DNA of 64,000 nucleotides from Paracoccaceae bacterium (GTDB taxonomy: Bacteria > Pseudomonadota > Alphaproteobacteria > Rhodobacterales > Rhodobacteraceae). The DNA lies in the NCBI GenBank assembly GCA_003567315.1, contig PWZT01000088.1:25610-89609 (forward strand), read 5' to 3'. Position 1 is the first letter of the stretch. Every line of letters starts with the position of its first letter. This document shows, piece by piece, positions 9,437-20,600 of the stretch. The notes below the pieces were generated by a model that worked only from the letters and a program-made list of their open reading frames with translations, searched no databases and was not told the DNA's origin. The translations under genes were made by a program, and so were the position numbers.

Positions 9437-10467
9437 CAGCCATGTCCGATTCTGCGCGGCCAGTAATTCTTGTCACAGGGGGCGCCGGCTATATCGGCTC
9501 GCATGCCTGCAAGCTCTTGGCGCAGGCCGGCTATCTGCCTGTAACCTTTGACAATCTCTCGACCGGCTGGACAGAAGCGGTCAAATTCGGCCCGCTCGTC
9601 GTCGGTGACCTGCTCGATAAACCGGCACTGAAGGCGGTTTTCGATCACTACAAGCCCCGCGCTGTGATGCACTTTGCGGCGCTTAGCCAGGTAGGCGAGG
9701 CCGCGCGCGAGCCTGGTCTCTACTGGCGCAACAATCTCGGCGGCTCGCTCAATCTCGTAGAGGCGATGGTCGAGGCGGGGGGCAAGGACATCGTGTTTTC
9801 CTCCACCTGCGCGACCTATGGCGATCAGGACGGGGTCGTTCTGACCGAAGACAGCGCGCAGCAGCCGCTGAATGCCTATGGCAGCTCCAAACTCGCCGTG
9901 GAAGGCGTGTTGCGGGATTTTGGGACCAGCCACGGGCTGAATGCTGTGATTTTCAGGTATTTCAATGTCGCCGGTGCCGATCCGGAGGCCGAGATCGGTG
10001 AATGGCACAAGCCTGAAACGCATCTCATTCCGGTGATGATAGAGGCTGCGGCGGGCGCGCGCGAGGCGCTTTTGATCAATGGCCAGGATTATCCCACGCA
10101 TGACGGCACCTGTATCCGGGACTACGTGCATGTCATGGATCTGGTCGATGCCCATTTGCGTGGTCTGCGCTGGCTAGAGCAGGGGCGTGGCAGCCGTGTG
10201 TTTAATCTGGGCACCGGGGTTGGCTTTTCCGTGGCAGAGGTGATCCGAAACTGCCATGAAGGAACTGGACGAAACGTGCCCCATGCATTTGGTCCGCGCA
10301 GAGCAGGGGACGCGGCAGCCCTTGTCTCGGGCAGCCAGCGCGCGCAGCACGATCTTGGATGGAGCGCGCAGAGATCCTCGCTAAAGATGATGATCGAGGA
10401 TGCCTGGCGCTGGTATCTGACGGGGGGCTATTCGGAGCAGCCCTCGCAACGGACGGTCGAAGGCTGA
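9433..10467 (+). CDS. galE: UDP-glucose 4-epimerase
   Basis: VTGGAGYIGSH, HFAALSQVGE, FSSTCATYG, YGSSK, RYFNVAGAD, CIRDYVHV; 4-nt overlap with galU. Confidence 0.93.
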   Translation: MTAMSDSARPVILVTGGAGYIGSHACKLLAQAGYLPVTFDNLSTGWTEAVKFGPLVVGDLLDKPALKAVFDHYKPRAVMHFAALSQVGEAAREPGLYWRNNLGGSLNLVEAMVEAGGKDIVFSSTCATYGDQDGVVLTEDSAQQPLNAYGSSKLAVEGVLRDFGTSHGLNAVIFRYFNVAGADPEAEIGEWHKPETHLIPVMIEAAAGAREALLINGQDYPTHDGTCIRDYVHVMDLVDAHLRGLRWLEQGRGSRVFNLGTGVGFSVAEVIRNCHEGTGRNVPHAFGPRRAGDAAALVSGSQRAQHDLGWSAQRSSLKMMIEDAWRWYLTGGYSEQPSQRTVEG

Positions 10468-10481
10468 TCCCCGGAAGTCGT

Positions 10482-10814
<333 letters not shown>

Positions 10815-10983
10815 TCAATACAACTGCTCGCTGGCGTGAGATAAGTCAGCCGACAGGAATTGACCAGCCGAAACCGTGCAGGAAATGACCGAGTTATGGT
10901 CAAATAGCAGCCGCGATTTTGCCCGAATCGTAGAGCAGGTTCTTACCGAGAAAACATTGAACGGCTGAAACGGGCACAGGCAC

Positions 10984-11424
10984 ATGTTAACAACAGAATC
11001 GCACAGATTAGGAATGCTGCTCGGGGTATTCGGTATCCTGTTTGCAGGTCCTGTCATGGGCGAACAAGTTCAGGCCAGCCGCGCCAAGGTCGAACTGGCC
11101 AGTGTCAACCTGCCCGAGAATGCTCCGCGTCGCTGCTGGGCGCGCTATAGCTTGAGTAATGGGCAAAACCGCAATGGCTCGATTGAGGAGGTGGCCTTCC
11201 GGGTCCCCTGTCCGGAAGTCATGACATCCCGTTTCATCGAGACGCTGCAGCGCGCACTTGCAGCGCGCGACCATTATGATGGGCCAATCACTGGGCGTGC
11301 GGATTCAACTACGCGCGCGGCTGTCCAGAGTTATCAACGCGCCAATGGCTTCAACAGCCCCATTCTCACGCTTGAAACCGCGCAACGCCTCGGGCTGGTC
11401 CCTATCGAAGTCACCCGGAACTGA
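10984..11424 (+). CDS. Exported peptidoglycan-binding domain protein
   Basis: Signal-peptide-like N-terminus; LQRALAARDHYDGPITG..DSTTRAAVQSYQ resembles PG_binding_1. Confidence 0.75.
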   Translation: MLTTESHRLGMLLGVFGILFAGPVMGEQVQASRAKVELASVNLPENAPRRCWARYSLSNGQNRNGSIEEVAFRVPCPEVMTSRFIETLQRALAARDHYDGPITGRADSTTRAAVQSYQRANGFNSPILTLETAQRLGLVPIEVTRN

Positions 11425-11428
11425 TAAA

Positions 11429-11461
11429 GAAACGCGCGCCTCTGCCTGAAACGCGCGTTTC
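11429..11461. terminator. Hairpin between convergent genes, candidate bidirectional terminator
   Basis: GAAACGCGCG...CGCGCGTTTC, 10-bp inverted repeat. Confidence 0.5.
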
Positions 11462-11477
11462 CCTTGCATGTCGACGC

Positions 11478-12956
11478 TTAGTCTTCGAGGCTGAGAGCCA
11501 CAAACCGCGGATCGCCATCACGACGCAGCAGCACCAGGAGCGAGCGGCGCCCAGCTTCGCGTGCTTCCTCCGCGCGGGCTTCCAGATCCTCGACTGATGC
11601 AATCGGCTGCTGGTTCGCCTCGGTGATCAGATCACCTGCGCGGATGCCCTTTTCTGCGGCGTCACTGTCAGGATCGACCTCGCGCACGATAATTCCCGAC
11701 ATATTGGACGGCAGCTCCAGCTCAGCACGAACATCATCATCAAGTGCTTGCAGTGTCATGCCGAGGTAGCTCGCGGGGGCTTCGGGTTCAGGCGCTTCAG
11801 GCGCGCCCTCACGTGCGGCTGCCTCGAACAATTCCCGCTGCCCAAGCGTCACTGTCAGCGTCATTTCTTCCCCGTTACGGAATACGACGACTTCCACATC
11901 GCGCCCGACGCCTGCATCACCGACGCGGCGCACGAGCGTGCGTGTGTCGCTGACATCACCGTCGTCAAAACGCAGGATCACATCGCCGGACAGCATGCCG
12001 GCTTCCTTCGACGGGCCATCCATGACATCGGTCACCATGGCGCCTTCGGCTTCGTCCAGCCCAATCGCATCAGCCATTTCCGCGGTCACATCCTGAATGC
12101 GCACCCCGAGCCAACCGCGACGCGTGGTACCGAATTCCATGAGCTGGTCGATGACATTCGTGGCCACAGTCGACGACATGGCAAAGCCAATCCCGATCGA
12201 GCCACCTGTCGGCGACAGGATAGCCGTGTTCACGCCGATCACCTCACCATCCATGTTGAAGAGCGGGCCACCCGAGTTGCCGCGATTGATGGCGGCATCA
12301 GTCTGGATGTAGTCGTCGAAATTGCCCTGCAGTGCGCGTCCACGGGCAGAAATGATCCCTGCGCTAACCGAGAAGCCCTGACCAAGCGGGTTGCCCACGG
12401 CGATCACCCAGTCGCCCACGCGTGCAGCTTCCGCATCGCCCCATGGCACATGCGGTAGCTCGGTATCATGATCGACCTTCAGCAGGGCGATGTCGGTCGC
12501 GGGGTCTGTTCCGACCAGTTCAGCGGGCAATTCCAGCCCCGAAAAGAACTCGACAGTGATTTCATCCGCACCTTCGATCACGTGGTTGTTCGTGACGATG
12601 AACCCATCGTCCGTAATCACGAAACCCGAGCCTAGTGCCTGATTGCGGCGCGGGCGGTCTGGACGCTCGCGCGGGCCATCAAAGAAGTCACGGAAGAAAT
12701 CCTCGAAGGGCGATCCCTCTGGGAGGCGCGGATCACCTTCAAGCCGTGATGCTACCGTCGAGGTGGTCGTGATATTGACCACCGCCGGGCTGACGCGTTC
12801 CGCCAGATCCGCAAAACTCTCCGGGCGGTTTTCCTGCGCCTGTGCAGTTGAAAGGGATGCAAGGCCCACGACCAGTGCAAAAGCCAATAGTCTGAGCGTT
12901 TGGAACGCGCCCGGCCTGTTTGCCCCGGTATCAGCGGCAGATGACATTGTGAACAC
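11478..12956 (-). CDS. degP: Do/DegP (HtrA) periplasmic serine protease with two PDZ domains
   Basis: GSGF, VTNNHV, TDIALLK, IQTDAAINRGNSGGPL, two PDZ-like C-terminal regions. Confidence 0.93.
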   Translation of the reverse strand: MFTMSSAADTGANRPGAFQTLRLLAFALVVGLASLSTAQAQENRPESFADLAERVSPAVVNITTTSTVASRLEGDPRLPEGSPFEDFFRDFFDGPRERPDRPRRNQALGSGFVITDDGFIVTNNHVIEGADEITVEFFSGLELPAELVGTDPATDIALLKVDHDTELPHVPWGDAEAARVGDWVIAVGNPLGQGFSVSAGIISARGRALQGNFDDYIQTDAAINRGNSGGPLFNMDGEVIGVNTAILSPTGGSIGIGFAMSSTVATNVIDQLMEFGTTRRGWLGVRIQDVTAEMADAIGLDEAEGAMVTDVMDGPSKEAGMLSGDVILRFDDGDVSDTRTLVRRVGDAGVGRDVEVVVFRNGEEMTLTVTLGQRELFEAAAREGAPEAPEPEAPASYLGMTLQALDDDVRAELELPSNMSGIIVREVDPDSDAAEKGIRAGDLITEANQQPIASVEDLEARAEEAREAGRRSLLVLLRRDGDPRFVALSLED

Positions 12957-13078
12957 TCCTCTGGATCAATTTGGCTTTTCACAAAGCCTATTGTCAGCCG
13001 ACAACTTATTGCCCGAATGCAAAAACGCAATTTGCGTTTTATGCTCTCAACCAGTCGTGAAAATCCGTCAGCGGGTCA

Positions 13079-13279
13079 CTATCCGCCGATCATCCCTGAA
13101 ACGGTCACAACCCCCGCGCCCAATGCCAGCGCGACCATGCCTATCATGCGCCGCGCTTCCACCGGCATATCGGTGAGCATCCGCAGGATCTCTTCAATGC
13201 GACGAGGGGCCAGTGCGAAGACCAGCCCCTCGAAGATCATGACCAGCCCGATGGCCAGAACGATCGTTTGCAAAGTCAA
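13079..13279 (-). CDS. DUF2065-type small membrane protein
   Basis: TTG start with AAGGA RBS; LAIGLVMIFEGLVFALAP...RRMIGMVALALG; usual position after hflC. Confidence 0.8.
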   Translation of the reverse strand: MTLQTIVLAIGLVMIFEGLVFALAPRRIEEILRMLTDMPVEARRMIGMVALALGAGVVTVSGMIGG

Positions 13280-13289
13280 TTTGGCATCC

Positions 13290-14294
13290 TTAGTTGCCGA
13301 TGATCTCTTCCAACTCCCGCACCGCATCAGGCTCATCCGGATCAGCTTCCGGCGCCCGCTGCTGGATGACATCGGGATCTTCAGCAATCCGATCTGCCGC
13401 CTCGCGCACAGCCGCAAGCACTTCTTCACCCGCGCCGTCCGACCGCAGGAAGGTGAAGAACTCGCTATCAGGCCGCAAGACCATGGTCGCATTGTCAGCC
13501 CGCAATGCGCGTTCATAGCTCTGCATCGAGCGGGTGAAGGCAAAGAACTCGGGGTCGAGATTGTAGGCTTCGGCATAGATCGTGTTACGCTCGGCATCTG
13601 CCTCGCCGCGAACGATCTCGGCCTCACGTCGCGATGCGGAGACAAGCTCGATCACGGTGCGATCTGCGAGTGCGCGCACGCGTTGCGCTGCCTCGTTGCC
13701 GCGCGCACGCTCGTCAGCCGCTTCGCGTTCGCGCTCAGCACGCATCCGCGCAAAGGTCGCTTCGAGGTTTTCGGCCGGGAGGTCGGTGCGCGTCAGTCGC
13801 ACATCGATCACTTCGACCCCGAGGGTTTGGGCTTCGCGACGCGCGAGGTCGCGGATGCGGTTCATCAGCGCCGTGCGGTCTTCAGACAGCACTGCTGTCG
13901 ATGGCACCGACCCGAGCACTTCGCGAATTGCAGCGTTCATGATCCGGTCCATCCGACCTTGTGCGGCCCGCGCACCGTCAACCCCGACGGCCTCGCGGAA
14001 GCGACGAACATCGGTCAGGCGCCAGCGCAGAAACGCGTCCACCACGAGCCTGCGGTCGTCGAGCGGTGTGACCTCAAGCGGTTGCGTCTGAAGCCCCAGA
14101 ATCCGCGCGTCATACCGCGCCACTTCTTGGATAAACGGAATTTTGAAGCCGAGGCCCGGCTCGGTAATTTCCTGTCTGACCTGACCAAACTGCAGAACCA
14201 GAACATTTTCTCGTTCATCCACCACAAAGATCGAGGAAAACGCTGTTATGATCCCCACTGCCACAAGGGGGATCAGGATACCTGCTTTTTTCAT
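13290..14294 (-). CDS. hflC: FtsH modulator HflC
   Basis: SPFH domain: VLQFGQV..EPGLGFKIPFIQ, MRAEREREA, DPEFFAFTRSMQSY. Confidence 0.95.
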   Translation of the reverse strand: MKKAGILIPLVAVGIITAFSSIFVVDERENVLVLQFGQVRQEITEPGLGFKIPFIQEVARYDARILGLQTQPLEVTPLDDRRLVVDAFLRWRLTDVRRFREAVGVDGARAAQGRMDRIMNAAIREVLGSVPSTAVLSEDRTALMNRIRDLARREAQTLGVEVIDVRLTRTDLPAENLEATFARMRAEREREAADERARGNEAAQRVRALADRTVIELVSASRREAEIVRGEADAERNTIYAEAYNLDPEFFAFTRSMQSYERALRADNATMVLRPDSEFFTFLRSDGAGEEVLAAVREAADRIAEDPDVIQQRAPEADPDEPDAVRELEEIIGN

Positions 14295-15445
14295 CAGTTT
14301 GCGCTCCTCTGGCGTTGCAGTTGGTCTAGCGGCAGGAAGGGCAGGACGCCGCTGCTTCCACCTTCTCCGGTCGCGGTCACGTTATCCAATATTGTGAGGT
14401 TCATATCGCCCAGGACGCGCTCCATTGTTTCCAGATACATCCGCCGACGCGTCACTTCCGGGGCGTTCACATATTCGGTGTAGACCGAAACGAAGCGCGC
14501 CGCTTCACCCTGAGCATTGTTGATCACTTCGGCACGATAGGCTTCTGCCTCTTCGGTGATCTGTGCTGCCTGACCTCGAGCTTGCGCCAGCACCCGGTTG
14601 GCGTAGGCATCGGCCTCGCGCTCAAGCCGGTCGCGCTCCTGACGCGCTGTCTGCACATCACGGAACGCGTTGATCACCTGCTCGGGCGGGTCTGCCTTGT
14701 CGAAGTTCACGCGGATCACGTTGATGCCCGAATCGTAGCTGTCGAGCAGCTGCTGCACTGCGCCGCGCAAATCGGCGGCAATAGAGCCGCGGTCCCGGTT
14801 GAGAATGGGCGAAAGCTCCGAGCGCGCAATGATGTCGCGCATCGCGGATTCTGACGCCGCACGAACGGTTTCGCGCGGATCAGCGAGGTTGAAAAGGAAT
14901 CGCGCCGGATCGGCGACATTCCAGACGATCTGAAACTCGATATCCACCACGGCTTCGTCGCGTGTCAGCATCAGGCCAGTATCAAGCTGACTGCGCCCGG
15001 TGCCCACTTCCGTCACGCGCTCGGTCGTCACCTGAACGATCTCATGCGTGACCACGGGCCAGGGGGCGAAGTTCAGACCAGGTTCGCCGGTCTTGTAGAA
15101 TTGACCGAACAGAAGCTCGACCGAGCGTTCCTCCGGTCGCACCGAATAAAACGACGCAAACGCCCAGGCCACAACAAGTGCGGCAAGCCCCAGCAAAACC
15201 CCGCGCTTGGAGAAGCCTGGTCCACCAGACCCGCCTCCGCCCTTGCCGCCTTTACCGCCGCCGCCCATCAGGACGCGCAGCTGCTCCTGGCCTTTCTTGA
15301 CGATTTCGTCGATCTCGGGGACGGGAGGTTGACCGTCACCACCACGTCCACCGCCACCGCTGCCGCCGCTGCCACGGTTGCCGCCACGGTTTCCACCGCC
15401 GCCCCATGGTCCCCCACTGTTTCCAGACATCCGGACTCCATTCAT
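14294..15445 (-). CDS. hflK: FtsH modulator HflK
   Basis: GPWGGG, Gly-rich N-terminus, MLTRDE, ASESAMRDII, PEVTRRRMYLETME; start may instead be 15430. Confidence 0.95.
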   Translation of the reverse strand: MNGVRMSGNSGGPWGGGGNRGGNRGSGGSGGGGRGGDGQPPVPEIDEIVKKGQEQLRVLMGGGGKGGKGGGGSGGPGFSKRGVLLGLAALVVAWAFASFYSVRPEERSVELLFGQFYKTGEPGLNFAPWPVVTHEIVQVTTERVTEVGTGRSQLDTGLMLTRDEAVVDIEFQIVWNVADPARFLFNLADPRETVRAASESAMRDIIARSELSPILNRDRGSIAADLRGAVQQLLDSYDSGINVIRVNFDKADPPEQVINAFRDVQTARQERDRLEREADAYANRVLAQARGQAAQITEEAEAYRAEVINNAQGEAARFVSVYTEYVNAPEVTRRRMYLETMERVLGDMNLTILDNVTATGEGGSSGVLPFLPLDQLQRQRSAN

Positions 15446-15499
15446 GTTAGTGGTTTCATATTTCGCGTAAAGTGGACCAAGCCACCCTCAATTCAACCC

Positions 15500-16861
15500 T
15501 CAGTCGCTGTGGCTGCGCGTCGCAGTCCGCATGGTCACCAGTTCCTCCGACATGGTCGGGTGTACAGCCAATGTGCGGTCGAAATCTGCCTTTGTAGCGC
15601 CCATGCCAATGGCGACCCCTGCAAGCTGGATCATCTCGCCAGCATGATCTGCCACGATATGGCACCCTAGCACCTTGTCGGTTTCGCGGCAAACGATGAG
15701 CTTCATCATCGCGCGATTGTCACGTCCTGCAAAGAGGCTGTGCATGGGACGAAACGCCGCTGCATAGATATCGACCGGGCCTTGCGCGCGCGCTTCTTCC
15801 TCGGTCAGGCCGACGGTGCCGTATTCCGGCTGGGTGAAGATCGCGGTCGGGATCAGCCCATGATCGAAATAGCTGGGCTTGCCGCCGAAGACCGTGTCGG
15901 CGAAAGCATGGCCTTCGCGAATCGCGACAGGTGTGAGATTGGCCCGGTCCGTCACATCGCCAACTGCATAGATGGAAGGGATTTTCGACTGGCTGTAGTT
16001 ATCCACGGGAATTGCGCCATTGGCCTTCAGCTCCAGCCCCAGCGCCTCCAGCCCGAGCCCATCCGTGTTGGGGCGCCGACCCGTTGCACAGAGCACGGCA
16101 TCATAGCTGCGGTCATGGCCCGTGCTGGCCTTGACATGGGTCTGGCCATCGCGCTGTTCGATCGCGATCACATCGGTTCCGAGATGCAGATCGACACCAC
16201 TCGCCATCATTTCATTCGCGATATGGCCCCGCGACTCCTCGTCAAAGCCCCGCAGGATCTGCGCGCCGCGATAGAATTGTGTGGTCGTCACGCCGAGGCC
16301 ATTGAAGATGCAGGCAAACTCACTCGCGATATAGCCGCCGCCCACGATCAGGATTGATTTCGGAAGCTCGTCCATCAGAAAGACATCGTTCGAGGTCATG
16401 CAGCCCATACCCTGCCATTCCTCCGGTACGACCGGTCGGCCGCCTGTGGCGATCAGGATATGCTTTGCCGTCACCTCGCGCCCATCATTGAGGCGGACCT
16501 CATGCGGACCAGCGACTGTCGCACGGCAGTCGTGTATCTCCACGCCCGAGCGATCGAGATTGGCGCGGTAGATGCCTTCGAGCCGCTGCAATTCCGCATC
16601 GAGCTTCGAGCGGAAGCTCGGCCAGTCAAACGCACCGATCTGCGCCTCCCACCCGTAGGCTGCCGCATCTGCCACGGATTGCGGGAAACCCGATGCAAAG
16701 ACCATCAGCTTCTTGGGCACGCAGCCGCGAATGACGCAGGTGCCGCCCAGCCGGTATTCCTCTGCGAGTGCAACCCGCGCGCCATAGCCTGCGGAAATCC
16801 GCGCCGCGCGCACGCCGCCCGAGCCGCCGCCTATGACAAAGAGGTCGTAGTCGAATGCCAT
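15500..16861 (-). CDS. gor: Glutathione-disulfide reductase
   Basis: GGGSGG, GGTCVIRGCVPKK redox disulfide, GGGYIASE, LTPVAIREG, HPTMSEE. Confidence 0.96.
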   Translation of the reverse strand: MAFDYDLFVIGGGSGGVRAARISAGYGARVALAEEYRLGGTCVIRGCVPKKLMVFASGFPQSVADAAAYGWEAQIGAFDWPSFRSKLDAELQRLEGIYRANLDRSGVEIHDCRATVAGPHEVRLNDGREVTAKHILIATGGRPVVPEEWQGMGCMTSNDVFLMDELPKSILIVGGGYIASEFACIFNGLGVTTTQFYRGAQILRGFDEESRGHIANEMMASGVDLHLGTDVIAIEQRDGQTHVKASTGHDRSYDAVLCATGRRPNTDGLGLEALGLELKANGAIPVDNYSQSKIPSIYAVGDVTDRANLTPVAIREGHAFADTVFGGKPSYFDHGLIPTAIFTQPEYGTVGLTEEEARAQGPVDIYAAAFRPMHSLFAGRDNRAMMKLIVCRETDKVLGCHIVADHAGEMIQLAGVAIGMGATKADFDRTLAVHPTMSEELVTMRTATRSHSD

Positions 16862-16871
16862 GTTGCTGCCT

Positions 16872-17660
16872 TCAGATATTCGAGAAGATGTTGCGCGCCT
16901 CGCCCACATCGATCCGGCGTTCGCTGGTCTCGGCCACGCCAGTGGTCAGGTCGCGCAACTCGCATGTGCCATCCGCGTGGCCGATGACCACGACATCGGC
17001 GATGTCCACGAACAGCCCGTTTTCGACGACCCCGGGCACCTGATTCAGAACCAGCGAAAGCTGGCGCGGATTGCCGATCCGGCCCAGGTCGAGATCGAGG
17101 ATATAGTTCCCTTCATCGGTGACAAAGGGTTGGTCTTCATTCATGCGCAGGGTCGACTGACGCCCCATCACATCGACCGAGGCCAGCACTTCCTCGACCA
17201 GTGCCTTTGTGGCCTTCCAGCCGAATGGCACCACCTCGACGGGCAAGGGAAAGGCCCCGAGTGTTTTTACTTCCTTTGCGGCATCAGTGATGACGATCAT
17301 CTGGTCCGACGCTGTTGCCACGATCTTTTCCTGCAATAACGCGCCGCCCCCGCCCTTGATCAGTGTAAGCTCCGCATCGAATTCGTCGGCGCCGTCAATC
17401 GTCAGGTCCAGCCAGCGCGCCTCGTCCAGCGAGACGACATTGATGCCGACATCACGCGCAAGCTGCGCTGTCCGGGTCGAGGTTGGCACCGCAAGGATAC
17501 GCAGCCCTTCTTGCTTCACCCGCGTCCCGAGCCTGCGCACCATCCAAGCAGCGGTCGAGCCCGTACCAAGCCCTACGCGCATACCATCTTGCACGAAATC
17601 GGCAGCGCAATGGGCACTTGCGTATTTCGCACGGTCGATCGGGGTCAACTGGTCGGTCAT
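16872..17660 (-). CDS. rpiA: Ribose-5-phosphate isomerase A
   Basis: VGLGTGSTA, IDGADE, IKGGGGALLQEKIVA, PGVVENGLF. Confidence 0.96.
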   Translation of the reverse strand: MTDQLTPIDRAKYASAHCAADFVQDGMRVGLGTGSTAAWMVRRLGTRVKQEGLRILAVPTSTRTAQLARDVGINVVSLDEARWLDLTIDGADEFDAELTLIKGGGGALLQEKIVATASDQMIVITDAAKEVKTLGAFPLPVEVVPFGWKATKALVEEVLASVDVMGRQSTLRMNEDQPFVTDEGNYILDLDLGRIGNPRQLSLVLNQVPGVVENGLFVDIADVVVIGHADGTCELRDLTTGVAETSERRIDVGEARNIFSNI

Positions 17661-17749
17661 GATCAAGCCCTTTCTGCGCCTGTGGGCCTTATAGGCGTTT
17701 TCGTGGCCTGGGGAAAAGCAGATTCGGGACACTCGGCCCGACAGCCACC

Positions 17750-18139
17750 TCAGCGCTGGATCGTTTGCAGATAGGCATCAAGCGCGATGATCGGCTCTGG
17801 CAGCAGTCGCGAGAGGCCACGATCAGTCTCCACCCGTGTCAGGCGCCCGGTCAGCAGATCGCCGAAATTCGGCATCTCGACACCCTCATAGACAATTTCC
17901 CCGCGCGCATACCCGTCGAGCTTATCGAGCACCCTGCGTTGAGGATAAGTGCCACCTGCGCGCGCCGTGATCGCTGTCAGATCCGGCATCTGCGCGCCGC
18001 CACGCCCATCCTCGCCATGGCAGGACGCGCAGTTCTGCATATAAAGATTGCGCCCGGCCTGTGGGCTGGTCCAAGGGGAACAGGCACCGAGCAAAGCAAG
18101 CGCCGCGCCGACAGACATGAAAGCTCTGGATAACGTCAT
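17750..18139 (-). CDS. Small monoheme cytochrome c, probable lipoprotein
   Basis: Lipobox LLGAC, heme motif CASCH, distal EMP. Confidence 0.82.
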   Translation of the reverse strand: MTLSRAFMSVGAALALLGACSPWTSPQAGRNLYMQNCASCHGEDGRGGAQMPDLTAITARAGGTYPQRRVLDKLDGYARGEIVYEGVEMPNFGDLLTGRLTRVETDRGLSRLLPEPIIALDAYLQTIQR

Positions 18140-18283
18140 GACGCAAGACTGGCCCAATTCCGTCCGGCTGCCAAGGGGGCAATCGCGCTGTAATGTCTGC
18201 TTTTCCCAGCGACTGGTCGCTTTGGAGCCAGTTGCAGACCTGGCTTAGGCTAGAAGTCCGACTGTTCCGGAGGGAGATATCGC

Positions 18284-19654
18284 ATGTTTTTGTCGGTTTT
18301 CGATATGTTCAAGATCGGGATCGGCCCATCCTCGTCGCATACGATGGGGCCAATGGTGGCGGCAGCGCGCTTTCTCGCGCATCTTCGCGGGCTGTCTTTC
18401 AATGTCACGGGGCTGCGCGCCAGCCTGCATGGCTCGCTGGCCTTCACCGGGGTGGGGCATGCGACAGATCGCGCCGTGATCCTCGGGCTCGCAGGGTTCA
18501 CGCCCGACGGGTATGATGCAGAGCGTGCCGAGGCAACGCTCGCGCAAATCCACCGCACCAGCGAGATCGAGGCCGAGGGTCTGGGACGGCTACGGTTCCA
18601 GCCGAAATCCGATCTGATCTTCGATTACGGCCCGCCACTGCCCGGCCACGCCAATGGCCTGCGCCTGATGGCCACAGACGCGCAGGGCGATGTGATCGCG
18701 CAAGAAGTGTATTACTCCATCGGCGGCGGTTTTGTTGTCACCGAAGCTGAACTTGGCGCGGCGCCCGCGAAATCTGCCGCCGTGGTCCCCTATCCGTTCG
18801 AGTCAGCTGCACAGATGCTTGAGATGGCGCGGAGCTCGGGCAAGAGCATCGCGCAGATGAAACGCGCCAACGAGCTTGCCTTCATTGGGCCGAACACGCT
18901 GGATCAGGGCGTGCGGCGCATCTGGCAGGTCATGAATGATTGCATCGAGCGCGGGCTGAGCGCTGAGGGCACTCTTCCCGGCGGGTTGCATGTGCGCCGC
19001 CGCGCCAAGGGAATTCGCGAGGCGCTGGAGCGCGAGCGTGGCCTCAACCTGACAGCCCCCCATGTCATCAATGACTGGATCAGCACCTACGCGATGGCTG
19101 TGAACGAGGAAAACGCCGCTGGTGGGCAAGTGGTGACAGCACCTACCAATGGCGCGGCCGGCGTGGTTCCCGCAACGATTCGCTACTGGCTGGATCATGT
19201 CCCAGGCGCTTCGGAAGTGCGGGTGGGGGAGTTCCTGCTGACAGCGGCGGCAATTGGAGGGCTGGTGAAGCACAACGCCTCGATTTCAGGCGCGGAATGC
19301 GGCTGTCAGGCGGAAGTCGGCTCGGCTTCTGCCATGGCGGCTGCGGGGCTCGCGGCGGTGCTTGGCGGCACGCCGGAGCAGGTGGAAAATGCCGCCGAAA
19401 TCGCGCTCGAACATCATCTTGGCATGACCTGCGATCCGGTGAAGGGTCTGGTGCAGGTGCCGTGCATCGAGCGCAACGGGCTGGGCGCGATCAAGGCGGT
19501 CTCGGCCGCAAGCCTCGCGCTGCGCGGCGATGGCTCGCATTTCATGCCGCTCGATAATTGCATCGAGGCCATGCGCCAGACCGGCGCCGATATGTCGGAA
19601 AAATACAAGGAAACTGCCCTTGGCGGGCTTGCGGTCAATATCCCGAATTGCTGA
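18284..19654 (+). CDS. sdaA: L-serine ammonia-lyase (Fe-S dependent)
   Basis: [59 protein letters not shown]. Confidence 0.96.
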   Translation: MFLSVFDMFKIGIGPSSSHTMGPMVAAARFLAHLRGLSFNVTGLRASLHGSLAFTGVGHATDRAVILGLAGFTPDGYDAERAEATLAQIHRTSEIEAEGLGRLRFQPKSDLIFDYGPPLPGHANGLRLMATDAQGDVIAQEVYYSIGGGFVVTEAELGAAPAKSAAVVPYPFESAAQMLEMARSSGKSIAQMKRANELAFIGPNTLDQGVRRIWQVMNDCIERGLSAEGTLPGGLHVRRRAKGIREALERERGLNLTAPHVINDWISTYAMAVNEENAAGGQVVTAPTNGAAGVVPATIRYWLDHVPGASEVRVGEFLLTAAAIGGLVKHNASISGAECGCQAEVGSASAMAAAGLAAVLGGTPEQVENAAEIALEHHLGMTCDPVKGLVQVPCIERNGLGAIKAVSAASLALRGDGSHFMPLDNCIEAMRQTGADMSEKYKETALGGLAVNIPNC

Positions 19655-19741
19655 AGGCTGCGCTGAATTTGAGCCAAATCATAGTCGAGCAGTGACGGGG
19701 GCCACATAGTCAGCATCAGGCAAACTAGTACGGAGGCCGAG

Positions 19742-20074
19742 ATGCAGCTTTATGAAGTCGAAGTGACCTGTCCCGATAAGGAAAGTGCACGCGAGATTGC
19801 CCGCGCTTGCCTTCAGGCGCGGCTCATCGCCTGTGCGAATCTGCTGCCCAAGGTCGAGAGCCTGTTCTGGTGGCAGGGCCAGATCGACTCGGAGAGCGAA
19901 GTGCTCTTGCGGATGAAGACGCCCGCCGCCAATTTCGCGGCGGTCTGCAGCAAGATCGGCGCCAGCCACCCGTTCGAGTTGCCCGCCATCATCGCGCTGC
20001 CCGCGCAAGGAATGGGGCCGGGTGTTGCTGACTGGGTGGCAGAGGAAACTCAGGCCGCGAAGATCTGCGACTGA
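19742..20074 (+). CDS. cutA: Divalent-cation tolerance protein CutA
   Basis: RLIACANL, SLFWWQGQI, HPFELPAIIA. Confidence 0.9.
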   Translation: MQLYEVEVTCPDKESAREIARACLQARLIACANLLPKVESLFWWQGQIDSESEVLLRMKTPAANFAAVCSKIGASHPFELPAIIALPAQGMGPGVADWVAEETQAAKICD

Positions 20075-20463
20075 TCGGCAAAGCCTTTCACCTCGATCGG
20101 ATTGCCAGACGGGTCACGAAAGAACATGGTCCACTGCTCGCCGGGCTGGCCTTCGAACCGCAGGCTTGGCGGGATGACGAACTCGATCCCGGCCTCTTCC
20201 AGCCGCGCGGCAAGCGCCTTGAAGCGCGCGACATCCAGCACAAGGCCGAAATGCGGCATTGGCACCATATGATCGCCAACCTTGCCCGTGGTCTCATTGG
20301 GAAAGGGTGCGCCCAGATGCAGGCTGATCTGATGGCCGAAGAAGTCGAAATCCACCCAGGTTTCCGTGCTACGCCCTTCCATGCAGCCAAGAACCTCGCC
20401 ATAGAATCGGCGCGCTTCGTCCAGATCATGAACGTGATAGGCGAAATGAAACGGCATGAGCAT
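20050..20463 (-). CDS. VOC/glyoxalase family protein
   Basis: FHFAYHV..LDEARRFYG, VDFDFFGHQ, PHFG, TMFFRDPSGNPIEVK. Confidence 0.88.
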   Translation of the reverse strand: MLMPFHFAYHVHDLDEARRFYGEVLGCMEGRSTETWVDFDFFGHQISLHLGAPFPNETTGKVGDHMVPMPHFGLVLDVARFKALAARLEEAGIEFVIPPSLRFEGQPGEQWTMFFRDPSGNPIEVKGFADQSQIFAA

Positions 20464-20600
20464 TGTTGGCCTCCTTCAACGTGACCTGCCTCAATCACTG
20501 GTGAAATGCAATCTGATATGAATTCGTTTGGCCTCAAACACGCATTCTCACTGCGGTTCTCTATGCATTGCCCACAAGTGCGCGCACAGCGCCTTGCTAC

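Noticed and set aside
15230-15420. GCC/CCG-rich repeats in hflK
   Set aside because: They encode the normal Gly-rich HflK N-terminus and are not an independent DNA repeat.
18193-18283. Ser-rich uORF (MSAFPSDWSLWS...) before sdaA
   Set aside because: Its ATG lies inside a likely -10 element (TAATGT) and the frame runs out of frame deep into sdaA with no short stop, so it does not fit a leader peptide.
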